IMG/VR virus record: IMGVR_UViG_3300028591_000082
DNA length: 64,000 bases
Reading direction: 5' to 3' (one strand)
DNA from: a virus
Taxonomy: Duplodnaviria; Caudoviricetes
Positions within the stretch are counted from its first letter, which is position 1, and each line of letters begins with the position of its first letter. Shown piece by piece: positions 10,569 through 19,327 of the stretch. The notes beneath the pieces are model-generated. The model was not told the DNA's origin, ran no database searches, and was given only the letters and a program-made list of their open reading frames with translations. Position numbers and translations under genes: made by a program.

Positions 10569-11296
10569 TGATTCTTAGTGTCGTAATACCTTTTTGCGAT
10601 AATGATTATCAATTCCTTAATGGAGCAGTTAGCTCCATTAAGGAACATATTAAATTTGATGATTATGAAATTATCGCAGTAGATAACAGAGAAAAAAATA
10701 AGTCTCAAATAGATATTAACAATGTTAAAATTGTTTCAAGCGGGCACAACCTTGGCTGCTTTGATGGACGTCGCTTTGGCGTTTCACATAGCCAAGGCGT
10801 TTTTATCTGGAACTTTGATGTAGATGATTTAATGGTCGGAGACCTTTATAGAGAAGATATTAAAGAAGATGCTGATGTTATGCAAATGTATTATATTTAT
10901 AACACAGGCCCAAGATATGATCAAAAAATGTTCCCTGTAGCATATGGTGTTAACGTTTGGTCTCGTTTGTATAAAGCAGAGATTGTTAAAAATTTTTATG
11001 CCAAATTAGAAAAACCTATAAAAATTTTTATGAGAGAAGATTCTTTATTATTTGATGCTGTGTGCGGAACAGCTAAAGTCTGGAAATATATACCAAAAGT
11101 TATATATGAGTACAACTTTAAGAATGCTAGGTTTAATAAATATAACAAAGGTAACAACAAAAAATCTAAAATGTCCGAGCAGGAAGCAAAAGAAACCTAT
11201 GAGGGTTATAAATATATTTATAATATCTTAGGGACACCAGAAAAAGCAGATGTTTTATTCAAAAGAGTAAAAGAAATAACTGAACGAGGATACTAG
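10568..11296 (+). CDS. Glycosyltransferase family 2 (paralog of 5884)
   Basis: LSVVIPFCDNDY...IKEHIKFDDYEI..VDNRE...FIWNFDVDD...VWSRLY; TAATG overlap start. Confidence 0.85.
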   Translation: MILSVVIPFCDNDYQFLNGAVSSIKEHIKFDDYEIIAVDNREKNKSQIDINNVKIVSSGHNLGCFDGRRFGVSHSQGVFIWNFDVDDLMVGDLYREDIKEDADVMQMYYIYNTGPRYDQKMFPVAYGVNVWSRLYKAEIVKNFYAKLEKPIKIFMREDSLLFDAVCGTAKVWKYIPKVIYEYNFKNARFNKYNKGNNKKSKMSEQEAKETYEGYKYIYNILGTPEKADVLFKRVKEITERGY

Positions 11297-11353
11297 ACAT
11301 AAGAGTATAAACCATCGATATGTAAAAATTAAGTTAATCATAGGAGAAAAACG

Positions 11354-11707
11354 GTGAGAACAATTACAGTCGAAAAAATAGATGGTGAATATAAAGTAAA
11401 TACAAAAGCAAAAGCAAGCGCTGGTTCAAATATAGCTTATGCTTGGGTAGAAGAATACGGAAGAGTGTATTACACTAGCTTTGATATAGCACCTGAACAG
11501 GATGCAGCTGAAAATGAGTTTATGCTAGATAGTGATGATTCTGAAACAGGCATACTTGTAAGGGGATTACTGTATGATGCTCCTGGTTATGGTATTGAGT
11601 ATACCAAAATAAGTGATACAGAGTTTTCTCTGGTTAATGAAGCAGAAGGTCGTACATTTACAAGAGACAGTACCAAAGATTTCACATTATGGGAATTGTC
11701 TAATTAA
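11354..11707 (+). CDS. Module D protein
   Basis: MRTITVEKIDGEYKVNTKA N-terminus shared with 12077. Confidence 0.6.
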   Translation: MRTITVEKIDGEYKVNTKAKASAGSNIAYAWVEEYGRVYYTSFDIAPEQDAAENEFMLDSDDSETGILVRGLLYDAPGYGIEYTKISDTEFSLVNEAEGRTFTRDSTKDFTLWELSN

Positions 11708-12134
11708 TTTTGGTGGTTAGCGATGCAAGGAAAAACAAATAGTGTAGTGAATTTAACTGGCTTATATTGTTGGGTAAACAGAAAAACTGGTAGTAATATA
11801 GCCTACTTTTATACTCTTTTTGAAAAACCAGAAATAAATGATATAATTTTTCAACAAAGTAATCTTAGCTCATCCACTAACAATAAAAAGCCATATGCAA
11901 CAACTATTGATAGATGGGTTGGGAAAATAAATAGTGACGGATCTATAGAAAGCTGGTATAATGGCGCCCCTTCTGGAGATCCATATGATAGATGCCCAGA
12001 ATATGATATTGGAAAAACCTGGGGAGTTTTTAGACCAAAGCATGTTTAATTTTTAAGATAGTTGCAGGAAAAAACAATGAGAACAATTACAGTTGAAAAA
12101 ATAGATGGTGAATATAAAGTAAACACAAAAGCAA
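11356..12134 (+). repeat. ~56-bp direct repeat (11356-11411 and 12079-12134)
   Basis: gagaacaattacagt(c/t)gaaaaaatagatggtgaatataaagtaaa(t/c)acaaaagcaa; two synonymous differences. Confidence 0.85.
11723..12049 (+). CDS. Hypothetical protein
   Basis: ORF in operon. Confidence 0.5.
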   Translation: MQGKTNSVVNLTGLYCWVNRKTGSNIAYFYTLFEKPEINDIIFQQSNLSSSTNNKKPYATTIDRWVGKINSDGSIESWYNGAPSGDPYDRCPEYDIGKTWGVFRPKHV

Positions 12135-12916
12135 GTTCTGGAGCTAAAGAGAATACTATAACTTTTTACGCTTGGCAAGAGCAAAATAAAAATAGCGAAG
12201 GTGGACCTGATAGTATAAGCAACAACCTTTCTAGAGGATATGGAAGTGAAAATGTTCATGGGCAAGGAATTATATTCTTTGATTTTGATGTTAGTCCACA
12301 AACAAGAGAAGATTTAATACAATCACATATTCTTTATCAAGGAGTTGTTTATGATTTTTCAGATTATTTTGAAAGAACAGCTCATAATCCGACAACAAAT
12401 ATTTTTAATTATGAAGTTGCTAATGATGGTTTAATTAAATTTGATTACTACTGGAGTAAATACAACACACCTGTACAATTTGCTAGATATGCTTTAGTTG
12501 ATAATATTGAATATAAGATTTCTGATTTTAAAGCAAGCAATACTGCAACTGTTTATGGATATGATCCGTCAACTGGATATGTTGGGCAAAGTAGCCAAAG
12601 AGATCATTCTGAATATTATATGTTTATAAATGCCGATGGTTCTATTGCAACTAAAGATGATTTTTCAAATGTAAATCTTATAATTCGCGGCGGTGCTATT
12701 GGTGGTTCACAAGATATATATTATAAAGGATTAAAACCAGAATTATATGCATCCGAAATGTATGAATTCATAAACATAAATGTTGAAGATACAAATGATA
12801 ACGGAGAGGAAGAAATTATAATATCTGTTAAAGACTCTTCAGATATTGAAATTAGTAGCAGGGCTACAAATGTTTCTGCTATTCAGCTTATGCTTCAAGG
12901 ATATTATGGAGGTTAA
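12077..12916 (+). CDS. Module D protein
   Basis: First 19 aa identical to 11354. Confidence 0.6.
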   Translation: MRTITVEKIDGEYKVNTKASSGAKENTITFYAWQEQNKNSEGGPDSISNNLSRGYGSENVHGQGIIFFDFDVSPQTREDLIQSHILYQGVVYDFSDYFERTAHNPTTNIFNYEVANDGLIKFDYYWSKYNTPVQFARYALVDNIEYKISDFKASNTATVYGYDPSTGYVGQSSQRDHSEYYMFINADGSIATKDDFSNVNLIIRGGAIGGSQDIYYKGLKPELYASEMYEFININVEDTNDNGEEEIIISVKDSSDIEISSRATNVSAIQLMLQGYYGG

Positions 12917-12919
12917 TAA

Positions 12920-13339
12920 ATGAAGTTTATAACTTTAAATAGTTTAAATAAAAACTTAAAGATTTTTTTTAGAAATATAATTAGTCCAAAAATAGAAGAA
13001 GCTAAAGAAACAGCAGTAGGTGCTTTAGCATTAGCAGAACAAGCAAATGAACTAGCATCTGAAGAAAAATTAATAGTTGTTAAAGGAACAGATATTGACG
13101 AAGTTGAGTTTGTGCAAGATGAAACTTATGATGATTATCCATATAAAGCTTCTATTAGAGTTAGCAAAGTTACAGAAAATTTTTCACCAGATGTAAGATT
13201 TGGTCCACAAGATGCTATGAGCGGCAATCTTGCTCCCTTCGCTGATACTGTTGATGGTTATGTAAACATTTATTCAAAAACAGATGATGGTCTCATAGAA
13301 CAGAATTTATTGGCAATTATATTAACAAAAAGTATTTAA
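12920..13339 (+). CDS. Module C protein
   Basis: MKFITLNSLNKNLKIFFRNIISP. Confidence 0.6.
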   Translation: MKFITLNSLNKNLKIFFRNIISPKIEEAKETAVGALALAEQANELASEEKLIVVKGTDIDEVEFVQDETYDDYPYKASIRVSKVTENFSPDVRFGPQDAMSGNLAPFADTVDGYVNIYSKTDDGLIEQNLLAIILTKSI

Positions 13340-13404
13340 GTTAATATACTTGAAAAAAATGAGATATGAAGGTGTTTAAATTATTTTTTAAATAGGAGAT
13401 ATAA

Positions 13405-14178
13405 ATGACAGAAATTAGTTATATTACACAAAATGGTGAGCAGATAAATCTTAAAGATGCTGCTGGTAGAGAAATGTTAGCACAAAAACAGCCTAAGCTT
13501 AAAGCTGGTAAAGGAATTACAATTTCACCCGCTGGAGTAATTAGCGCTGTTGCTGGTAGCGATAGGGTTAAAACAATCGTAGCAGAAGATGTAGAAGTTA
13601 ACGAGTATTCTTCTTGGACAGATTTTACATTTGATGTTGTGGTTGATTATATTGGTAATCCAGCATTAATATCAAAACCTCATGCTATGTTAAGCGAAAG
13701 CGCATCAGCCACTTATAACTTTGAAGATGGATATATGATGGAAATAGGAATAAAAAATGCGCCTGATTTTAATAGTTGGCTTGGACATACTTTTAATGCA
13801 GCTATTAAAGAAGAGATGCTTAAAGAACCAGCCACAGATGACGACTTTTTGATTATTTTCCCAAGAAAAGCTATTACTAAATCTATTGTTTCAAACACTG
13901 AAGGACATGATGTATATGTTCCAGCAGGAGTTCCTGAAGAAAACAATGAATCAGATCTTAGCGTAGTTTATATTTACTTTAAAGATATTGGTAAAGAAGA
14001 CTATCCTATGAATGCTTATACATTTTTTGAGTATGCTGATGATAGCGAACATGATATTTACAGTATGGAATCATCTTACAGTTGGTCTTATATAAATAGT
14101 GATGGTGAAGTTGATTATATTACAAGTCCTTCTGAATATTCAATTTTAGCCATGATGATTAAAGATCTTTTGAAGTAG
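13405..14178 (+). CDS. Module B protein
   Basis: MTEISYITQNGEQINLKDAAGREMLAQKQPKLKAGKGITIS. Confidence 0.6.
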   Translation: MTEISYITQNGEQINLKDAAGREMLAQKQPKLKAGKGITISPAGVISAVAGSDRVKTIVAEDVEVNEYSSWTDFTFDVVVDYIGNPALISKPHAMLSESASATYNFEDGYMMEIGIKNAPDFNSWLGHTFNAAIKEEMLKEPATDDDFLIIFPRKAITKSIVSNTEGHDVYVPAGVPEENNESDLSVVYIYFKDIGKEDYPMNAYTFFEYADDSEHDIYSMESSYSWSYINSDGEVDYITSPSEYSILAMMIKDLLK

Positions 14179-14188
14179 GAGGTATAAT

Positions 14189-14971
14189 ATGACAGAAATT
14201 AGCTATATAACACAAAACGGACAGCAGATAAATTTAAAAGACGCTGCAGGTAGAGAAATGCTTGCAACTAAACAATCAAAGCTTAAAGCAGGTAAAGGAA
14301 TTAATATTTCTGATAATGGAGTTATTTCAGTAAAAGATGCTAAAGGTAGTGATTTTAGTGATCTTGTTATTGAAAATATTCAAGTAACAACAAGTGATGA
14401 AGAATATACATATACAATAGGCAGTATGAATGTTAAGTATAAAGGTAATCTTTCATTGCTTAAGGATGTAATAGACTCTTCTGAATCTTCAGGAAATTTT
14501 TATTTATTGACTTCTATCCTTGACGATAGTTATATAAGAGAACCACTAAACAAGTATGCAAGTTTTTATGATGGTGAAAATTCTTTAGGAAAAGTTGTAA
14601 GCGTTGCTATTAATAAACTTATTGCAAATGGAGATTGTGAAGATACAGGTGAAGATTATCTTTATTTTGTACCAATGACTATTAACAACGTAAATCCTGT
14701 TGGTGGTGAAAGACTTCCAAACAGTCAATTCCATATTGATGAAGAAAGTTGTAATATGATCATTGCCCTTAAAGATGCAGATTATAGTATAAATATTGCT
14801 GAAGAAGAAGAACACAGAGGCGATATTCCTGCTGACTATGACAGTAATCGTTTGGTAGGTGCTTATATTGCTTCAAAAAGCGAGTATGTAGATTTGTATG
14901 AATTCTATTCTAACAGTTACGGTACTGATGGAAGAGAAGGAATATTTACAGAACTAATGGCACTTCTTTAA
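14189..14971 (+). CDS. Module B protein
   Basis: First ~47 aa nearly identical to 13405, then divergent. Confidence 0.6.
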   Translation: MTEISYITQNGQQINLKDAAGREMLATKQSKLKAGKGINISDNGVISVKDAKGSDFSDLVIENIQVTTSDEEYTYTIGSMNVKYKGNLSLLKDVIDSSESSGNFYLLTSILDDSYIREPLNKYASFYDGENSLGKVVSVAINKLIANGDCEDTGEDYLYFVPMTINNVNPVGGERLPNSQFHIDEESCNMIIALKDADYSINIAEEEEHRGDIPADYDSNRLVGAYIASKSEYVDLYEFYSNSYGTDGREGIFTELMALL

Positions 14972-14990
14972 ATAAAAAAGAATTATTAAT

Positions 14991-15018
14991 AAAAGCCAAT
15001 TCTTAAGAATTGGCTTTT
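14991..15018. terminator. Bidirectional terminator
   Basis: AAAAGCCAATTCTTAAGAATTGGCTTTT palindrome between convergent genes. Confidence 0.8.
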
Positions 15019-15022
15019 TAAA

Positions 15023-15565
15023 TTATTTTACCGAACAACTAATAGTTGGACTTCTACAGTTATGACAATCAACACAAGTATTGCACCCAGTGCAATTATT
15101 ACAAGAATCACATTTACTATCGCAGGTTTTGCAGCCATGTTTTCCAGTACAGCTATCGCATGAATTGCATCCAGAACAATTAGTTGAGTTTTGACAATTA
15201 GCATTGCAATCAATGCATAATCTACAATCTGTGCAAGTAGTTGAGTTTTGACAATTAGCATTGCAATCAATACAGCTAACACACTCATCAACACATCTAA
15301 AACATAAATAAGTTTGAGCATTTACATTACAGGTATAAAATTCTATATTATCTATAAAGGATCCTGTTTTTTTTACATTTGAATTTTCTATACCACTTGG
15401 AGTAAAGTCTGTTAAATTACTTGTATCAAAAAATATATGTTTTGGGTTTTTATTTTCAGATATTAAAGTTCCACTATCTTTAAGATTATTAGAATTCATA
15501 TATAAGAGATATTTATTATTTTCTTCAAGGCTTATTCTATCTGATATTTTTCCTATTGTAATCAT
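15023..15565 (-). CDS. Cys-rich CxxC-repeat protein
   Basis: C-terminal half has Cys about every third residue; internal duplication CIDCNANCQNST. Confidence 0.75.
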   Translation of the reverse strand: MITIGKISDRISLEENNKYLLYMNSNNLKDSGTLISENKNPKHIFFDTSNLTDFTPSGIENSNVKKTGSFIDNIEFYTCNVNAQTYLCFRCVDECVSCIDCNANCQNSTTCTDCRLCIDCNANCQNSTNCSGCNSCDSCTGKHGCKTCDSKCDSCNNCTGCNTCVDCHNCRSPTISCSVK

Positions 15566-15580
15566 ATTTATATTCCTGTA

Positions 15581-16168
15581 TTAGCTATTGCCGCCCATAC
15601 ATACACCACCTTGACATCCAGTAGTACATGCTCCTTGACAATCTGCTGCACAAGCACTGTTACATCCATTGCAAGGTGAGCAAGAAGGTCCTGGTGTTGG
15701 TGTATTGCTACATTGGGCAGCAAAATGACAGCCATTATTACATCCACTATTGCAGTTATTACAACTTACACAAGATTTTTGACATCCATTGCAGGTTACA
15801 CATTTTCCTGTACAATTTGTGCAGGTATCACAATCAGTAGTACATGTTTGACAGCTATCACAACTTTGGCAACTATTACATCCAGTGCAATTATCACATG
15901 CTGTACATCCACTATCACAATTTGCGCAATTATTACAAGAAGTACAATTATTACAAGAAGTGCAATTATCACAAGTAGTACAATCTACACAGTTATTACA
16001 GTTATAAAATATTCTGTTGCCATTAAAATATACATAATCATCTTTAAAAATTAAGTTTTTAACATTATTATTTTTTATAAAATTTATTCTATCCTGCTTT
16101 ATTTCTATTTTATCAAATAATGAAGAATAATAAGAATTAAATTGCATTCTTTTTGCCAATGTAATCAT
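15581..16168 (-). CDS. Cys-rich CxxC/CxxxC-repeat protein
   Basis: Long run of CxxC ending CNSACAADCQGACTTGCQGGVC. Confidence 0.75.
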   Translation of the reverse strand: MITLAKRMQFNSYYSSLFDKIEIKQDRINFIKNNNVKNLIFKDDYVYFNGNRIFYNCNNCVDCTTCDNCTSCNNCTSCNNCANCDSGCTACDNCTGCNSCQSCDSCQTCTTDCDTCTNCTGKCVTCNGCQKSCVSCNNCNSGCNNGCHFAAQCSNTPTPGPSCSPCNGCNSACAADCQGACTTGCQGGVCMGGNS

Positions 16169-16206
16169 AAAATTAACTTAAAGTTTAACTTTAAGTTAAT
16201 TTTATG
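16166..16206. promoter_or_regulatory. Perfect 41-bp palindrome forming a bidirectional late promoter
   Basis: CATAAAATTAACTTAAAGTT-T-AACTTTAAGTTAATTTTATG; contains both start codons and AAGTTAAT on each strand. Confidence 0.85.
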
Positions 16207-16656
16207 GTACTAATTGGTGGAACAAATATTGGTTTTGATGACGAAAACAATTTAGTATATTTAGGAAACAAAAGAAACTCAGGAACTGAATTAATACACG
16301 AAAACGCAAATGAAGTTTTCTTCGACAATAAAAATGTTCCAAATATTACAGATATTACACAAAATAACAATAATATAGAATTAATAAATACAGCAAGTTT
16401 TATAAATGATGCTAATTTTTATACATGTAATGCAAATGCTCAAACTTATTTATGTTTTAGATGCTTTAATAGTTGTGTATTATGTGTTAGTTGCAACACT
16501 TGTGATGCTTGTAATGACTGTACTAACTGCACCAGTAATTGCAATACTGGATGTGACTCTATATGTTTTGATAGATGCCAAACCTGTGTTAATTGTACTA
16601 CTTGCAATAACTGCCAAAGTTGTGATGGTTGTTATAAACATAGTAATATTAAATAA
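16204..16656 (+). CDS. Cys-rich CxxC-repeat protein (paralog of 15023..15565)
   Basis: Shares SFI....FYTCN.NAQTYLCFRC with 15023..15565. Confidence 0.75.
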   Translation: MVLIGGTNIGFDDENNLVYLGNKRNSGTELIHENANEVFFDNKNVPNITDITQNNNNIELINTASFINDANFYTCNANAQTYLCFRCFNSCVLCVSCNTCDACNDCTNCTSNCNTGCDSICFDRCQTCVNCTTCNNCQSCDGCYKHSNIK

Positions 16657-16677
16657 AAGTTAATATAGGAGATAATT

Positions 16678-17346
16678 ATGATTAAAGCGCAAATAATTAT
16701 AGAAATGACAGATGGTCAGCTTTATACATATGTAAATAGCCATCTTGCAGATAAAGCAGAAACAGATAATAATGGAAATTATATATTCAAAGGAGAGCCT
16801 GGAAAATACTATATGTATACAGGTGAAGATGGGGATGAATATGATGACCAAGATTCTGCTGGAATGGCAAAAGCAGATTACGAAGCACTTTTAAGTGATG
16901 CTGCTGGAACATCTGGATACCTTCATTTTCCTGATGGATATGATGAACTTCTTATTCCAAGAGATAAAGAAATAAACAATGAAGATGCTTTTACAAGAGT
17001 AAAGCTCCCAAGAGAAAATGTAAAATCAATTAAACTTGTAGAAACACATGTTGTTTATCCTTTTGGTAGACCAAGTACAGATTATGTTGCAAAACCTCCA
17101 AAAATGGGAGAACTTTATTCTATTCCAAAAGAAGTTAAAACAACTTATGACAGATATGTTTCAATGCCAGTTGTAAAAGAAAATAAGGTAAATAATTTTA
17201 ATGATTTTGAATTTGTTTACTACAGAAAACCAAAAACAGAACAGTGGATTGAAATTGATAATGAAAACTTTACAGTTGATTTTGACTGCGAACTTGTTGG
17301 TGAAATAAACGGAATTAAAGGCGGGGTTTCATTTTATAAGGCTTAA
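16678..17346 (+). CDS. Hypothetical late protein
   Basis: AGGAG SD and AAGTTAAT upstream. Confidence 0.6.
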   Translation: MIKAQIIIEMTDGQLYTYVNSHLADKAETDNNGNYIFKGEPGKYYMYTGEDGDEYDDQDSAGMAKADYEALLSDAAGTSGYLHFPDGYDELLIPRDKEINNEDAFTRVKLPRENVKSIKLVETHVVYPFGRPSTDYVAKPPKMGELYSIPKEVKTTYDRYVSMPVVKENKVNNFNDFEFVYYRKPKTEQWIEIDNENFTVDFDCELVGEINGIKGGVSFYKA

Positions 17347-17349
17347 TAG

Positions 17350-17940
17350 ATGAGTTTTTATTCTTCTATAATAAATTGGATGAGGGGGCTTAGAAAAAAC
17401 AATGGCTCTCTTTATGTAGATGGAAACAAATATGTTTTCGGTGCTATCGTATCTGGTAGCTATCAAAATGCCAAGACAGATAACAATCCAACATTACTCT
17501 GTCTTGGCAATTATTTTGACCAAAAAAATAATAATTGGAAAGTTCACGGAATTCAATTTCATCATTTAAATCCATACGATTTGCAATGGTTATTACAACA
17601 ATTAATTATTTGGAAAAAGAATGGAGCAATTATAGACCCACGCTCTTTTTATAATTACTTGAAAAGTTCACATAAAGAAATAATAGATGCTTACAGAACA
17701 TACCATACAGAACTTACTTCTTTTAAAGTAATATCTCCAGGAATTTCAAATGTTTCTTTTGAAAATTGTTCTGCTCCGTTTGATTCTAGAGATGGTATTA
17801 TAAATCAATTTAATCAATTTATAAGAAATCCATCTGAACTTTCTAACTATCATCAAGCTTCTGAAGTACAACAGCAATATGATGTCCAAGAACTCAATAT
17901 GCGTGTTGCAGAAACAATTAACCAAAGAAAACTATGGTAG
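17350..17940 (+). CDS. Possible T4 gp2-like DNA end protector
   Basis: D..P..L......HGIQFHHL.P...AYRTY pattern resembles gp2 G.NLHYLP...K.Y. Confidence 0.45.
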   Translation: MSFYSSIINWMRGLRKNNGSLYVDGNKYVFGAIVSGSYQNAKTDNNPTLLCLGNYFDQKNNNWKVHGIQFHHLNPYDLQWLLQQLIIWKKNGAIIDPRSFYNYLKSSHKEIIDAYRTYHTELTSFKVISPGISNVSFENCSAPFDSRDGIINQFNQFIRNPSELSNYHQASEVQQQYDVQELNMRVAETINQRKLW

Positions 17941-18324
17941 CTCAGCTTCAACATCTTTAATCAAATTGGTGTGTTCTTTAAAGAACGGTTCTTTACTAAG
18001 AAGCTCTTCTTCGTCAGTTGTTCTTTTTATAAGACATTCAATAAGTCTAAAAATAAATAATCTTTTTACATACCTTTGTGATTGCTTTAATGTTTTATTA
18101 TAGCGATTATCAAAAGCTTCTTTCTTCTCAAGATAATCATCTTCTCCAACATGATCTCTTATCCAAGCACAAATACAGTCTTGATATTTTTTGATAAAAG
18201 ATGTAGTGCCTTTTGTTATTACTAAATTGTATTTTAAGAATTTTAAATAATATTTTTTAAATAAATAAATAGATATTGCAATAACCACAAACGCAATTAT
18301 TGCAACTGCTATACTTTTTTCCAT
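17932..18324 (-). CDS. Hypothetical protein with N-terminal TM helix
   Basis: Hydrophobic N-terminus; sigma70 promoter upstream. Confidence 0.55.
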   Translation of the reverse strand: MEKSIAVAIIAFVVIAISIYLFKKYYLKFLKYNLVITKGTTSFIKKYQDCICAWIRDHVGEDDYLEKKEAFDNRYNKTLKQSQRYVKRLFIFRLIECLIKRTTDEEELLSKEPFFKEHTNLIKDVEAELP

Positions 18325-18341
18325 ATTTTTTCCTTTTATTT

Positions 18342-18370
18342 ATTATACTATAAACTTTAGTATAAGTCAA
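18342..18370 (-). promoter_or_regulatory. Sigma70-type early promoter (similar ones near 29317-29345, 30356-30384, 44550-44578, 45559-45587, 49621-49649, 57909-57937 on -, 33014-33041 on +)
   Basis: TTGAC(T/A)-N16/17-TATAAT. Confidence 0.75.
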
Positions 18371-18452
18371 TAAAAAGGCTGGCGATAGTTTGCCAGCCAC
18401 AACTTTTTTATTTATGCCACAGGTGAGAAACCCACTCAAACCTCACCAGGCT

Positions 18453-19301
18453 CTACTGTAAGAGCGCTAATACACTTTGAGATTGTGAGTTTGCTTGACT
18501 AAGCATTGCTACAGCAGACTGACTCAAAATCTGATTTTTTGTATATTCAACCATTTCCTGAGCAATATCTGCATCACGAATTCTTGATTCAGCAGCTTGA
18601 GTATTCTCTGCGGCTACATTGATTCCTTTCTGTGCCATTTCCATTCTGTTCTGGTAAGCACCAAGATCAGCACGCTGTTTGTTAACATTTTTCAATGCTT
18701 CATCAAGAGTAGCAATTGTTAAATTTGCTTCATCTGGTGATGAAATAGAAATTGTGTTTTCATCACTCTGTAATCCTTTAAGCCCAAGTGCTGAAGCAGT
18801 CATTGTTCCAATATATGCTCTTATGTTTTGATCGCAGTTTGCACCTACTTGGAACTGCATTACAGTATCAGACTCTCTTGAGAATTTACCAGTAAGCAAT
18901 GACATTCCATTAAACTGAGCAGAAGAAGCAATTCTGTCTACTTCAGCTACAAGCTGACTTACTTCTACCTGAATTTGCATTCTGTCTTCGTCTGAGTAAA
19001 CACCATTTGAAGCCTGAACTGCAAGTTCACGAATTCTCTGAAGAACATCTGTTGTTTCTGAAAGATAACCTTCTGCTACCTGTACGAATGAAACAGCATC
19101 TCCAATATTTCTTGAAGCCTGATTAAGACCTCTAATCTGAGATCTCATTTTTTCAGAAACCGCAAGACCGCTGGCATCATCACCAGCTTTGTTAATTCTT
19201 TCACCACTTGAAAGTTTTGACATTGAGTTCTGTAAATTTGCGGCATTAATGCCTTCTTGGCGTGCTGCAAACATACTAGATAAATTGTGATTTATAATCA
19301 T
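18453..19301 (-). CDS. flaB: Flagellin, spirochete FlaB-type core protein
   Basis: MIINHN...[30 protein letters not shown]...[10 protein letters not shown]...[11 protein letters not shown]...[15 protein letters not shown]...VLALLQ; 282 aa, no D2/D3. Confidence 0.96.
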   Translation of the reverse strand: MIINHNLSSMFAARQEGINAANLQNSMSKLSSGERINKAGDDASGLAVSEKMRSQIRGLNQASRNIGDAVSFVQVAEGYLSETTDVLQRIRELAVQASNGVYSDEDRMQIQVEVSQLVAEVDRIASSAQFNGMSLLTGKFSRESDTVMQFQVGANCDQNIRAYIGTMTASALGLKGLQSDENTISISSPDEANLTIATLDEALKNVNKQRADLGAYQNRMEMAQKGINVAAENTQAAESRIRDADIAQEMVEYTKNQILSQSAVAMLSQANSQSQSVLALLQ

Positions 19302-19305
19302 ATTA

Positions 19306-19323
19306 ATGCGCCTCCTTGCGCAT
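19306..19323 (-). promoter_or_regulatory. CsrA-type hairpin containing the flagellin SD
   Basis: ATGCGC-AAGGAG-GCGCAT: 6-bp stem with ANGGAN loop. Confidence 0.65.
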
Positions 19324-19327
19324 AATT

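Noticed and set aside
253-14971. Diversity-generating retroelement or invertase shufflon driving the module repeats
   Set aside because: No reverse transcriptase or recombinase is in the window. Repeats are N-terminal, direct, and differ at synonymous C/T positions rather than adenines.
15023-16656. CRISPR-like or satellite DNA repeats
   Set aside because: The periodicity is explained by CxxC codons in ORFs; there is no constant repeat/unique spacer pattern.
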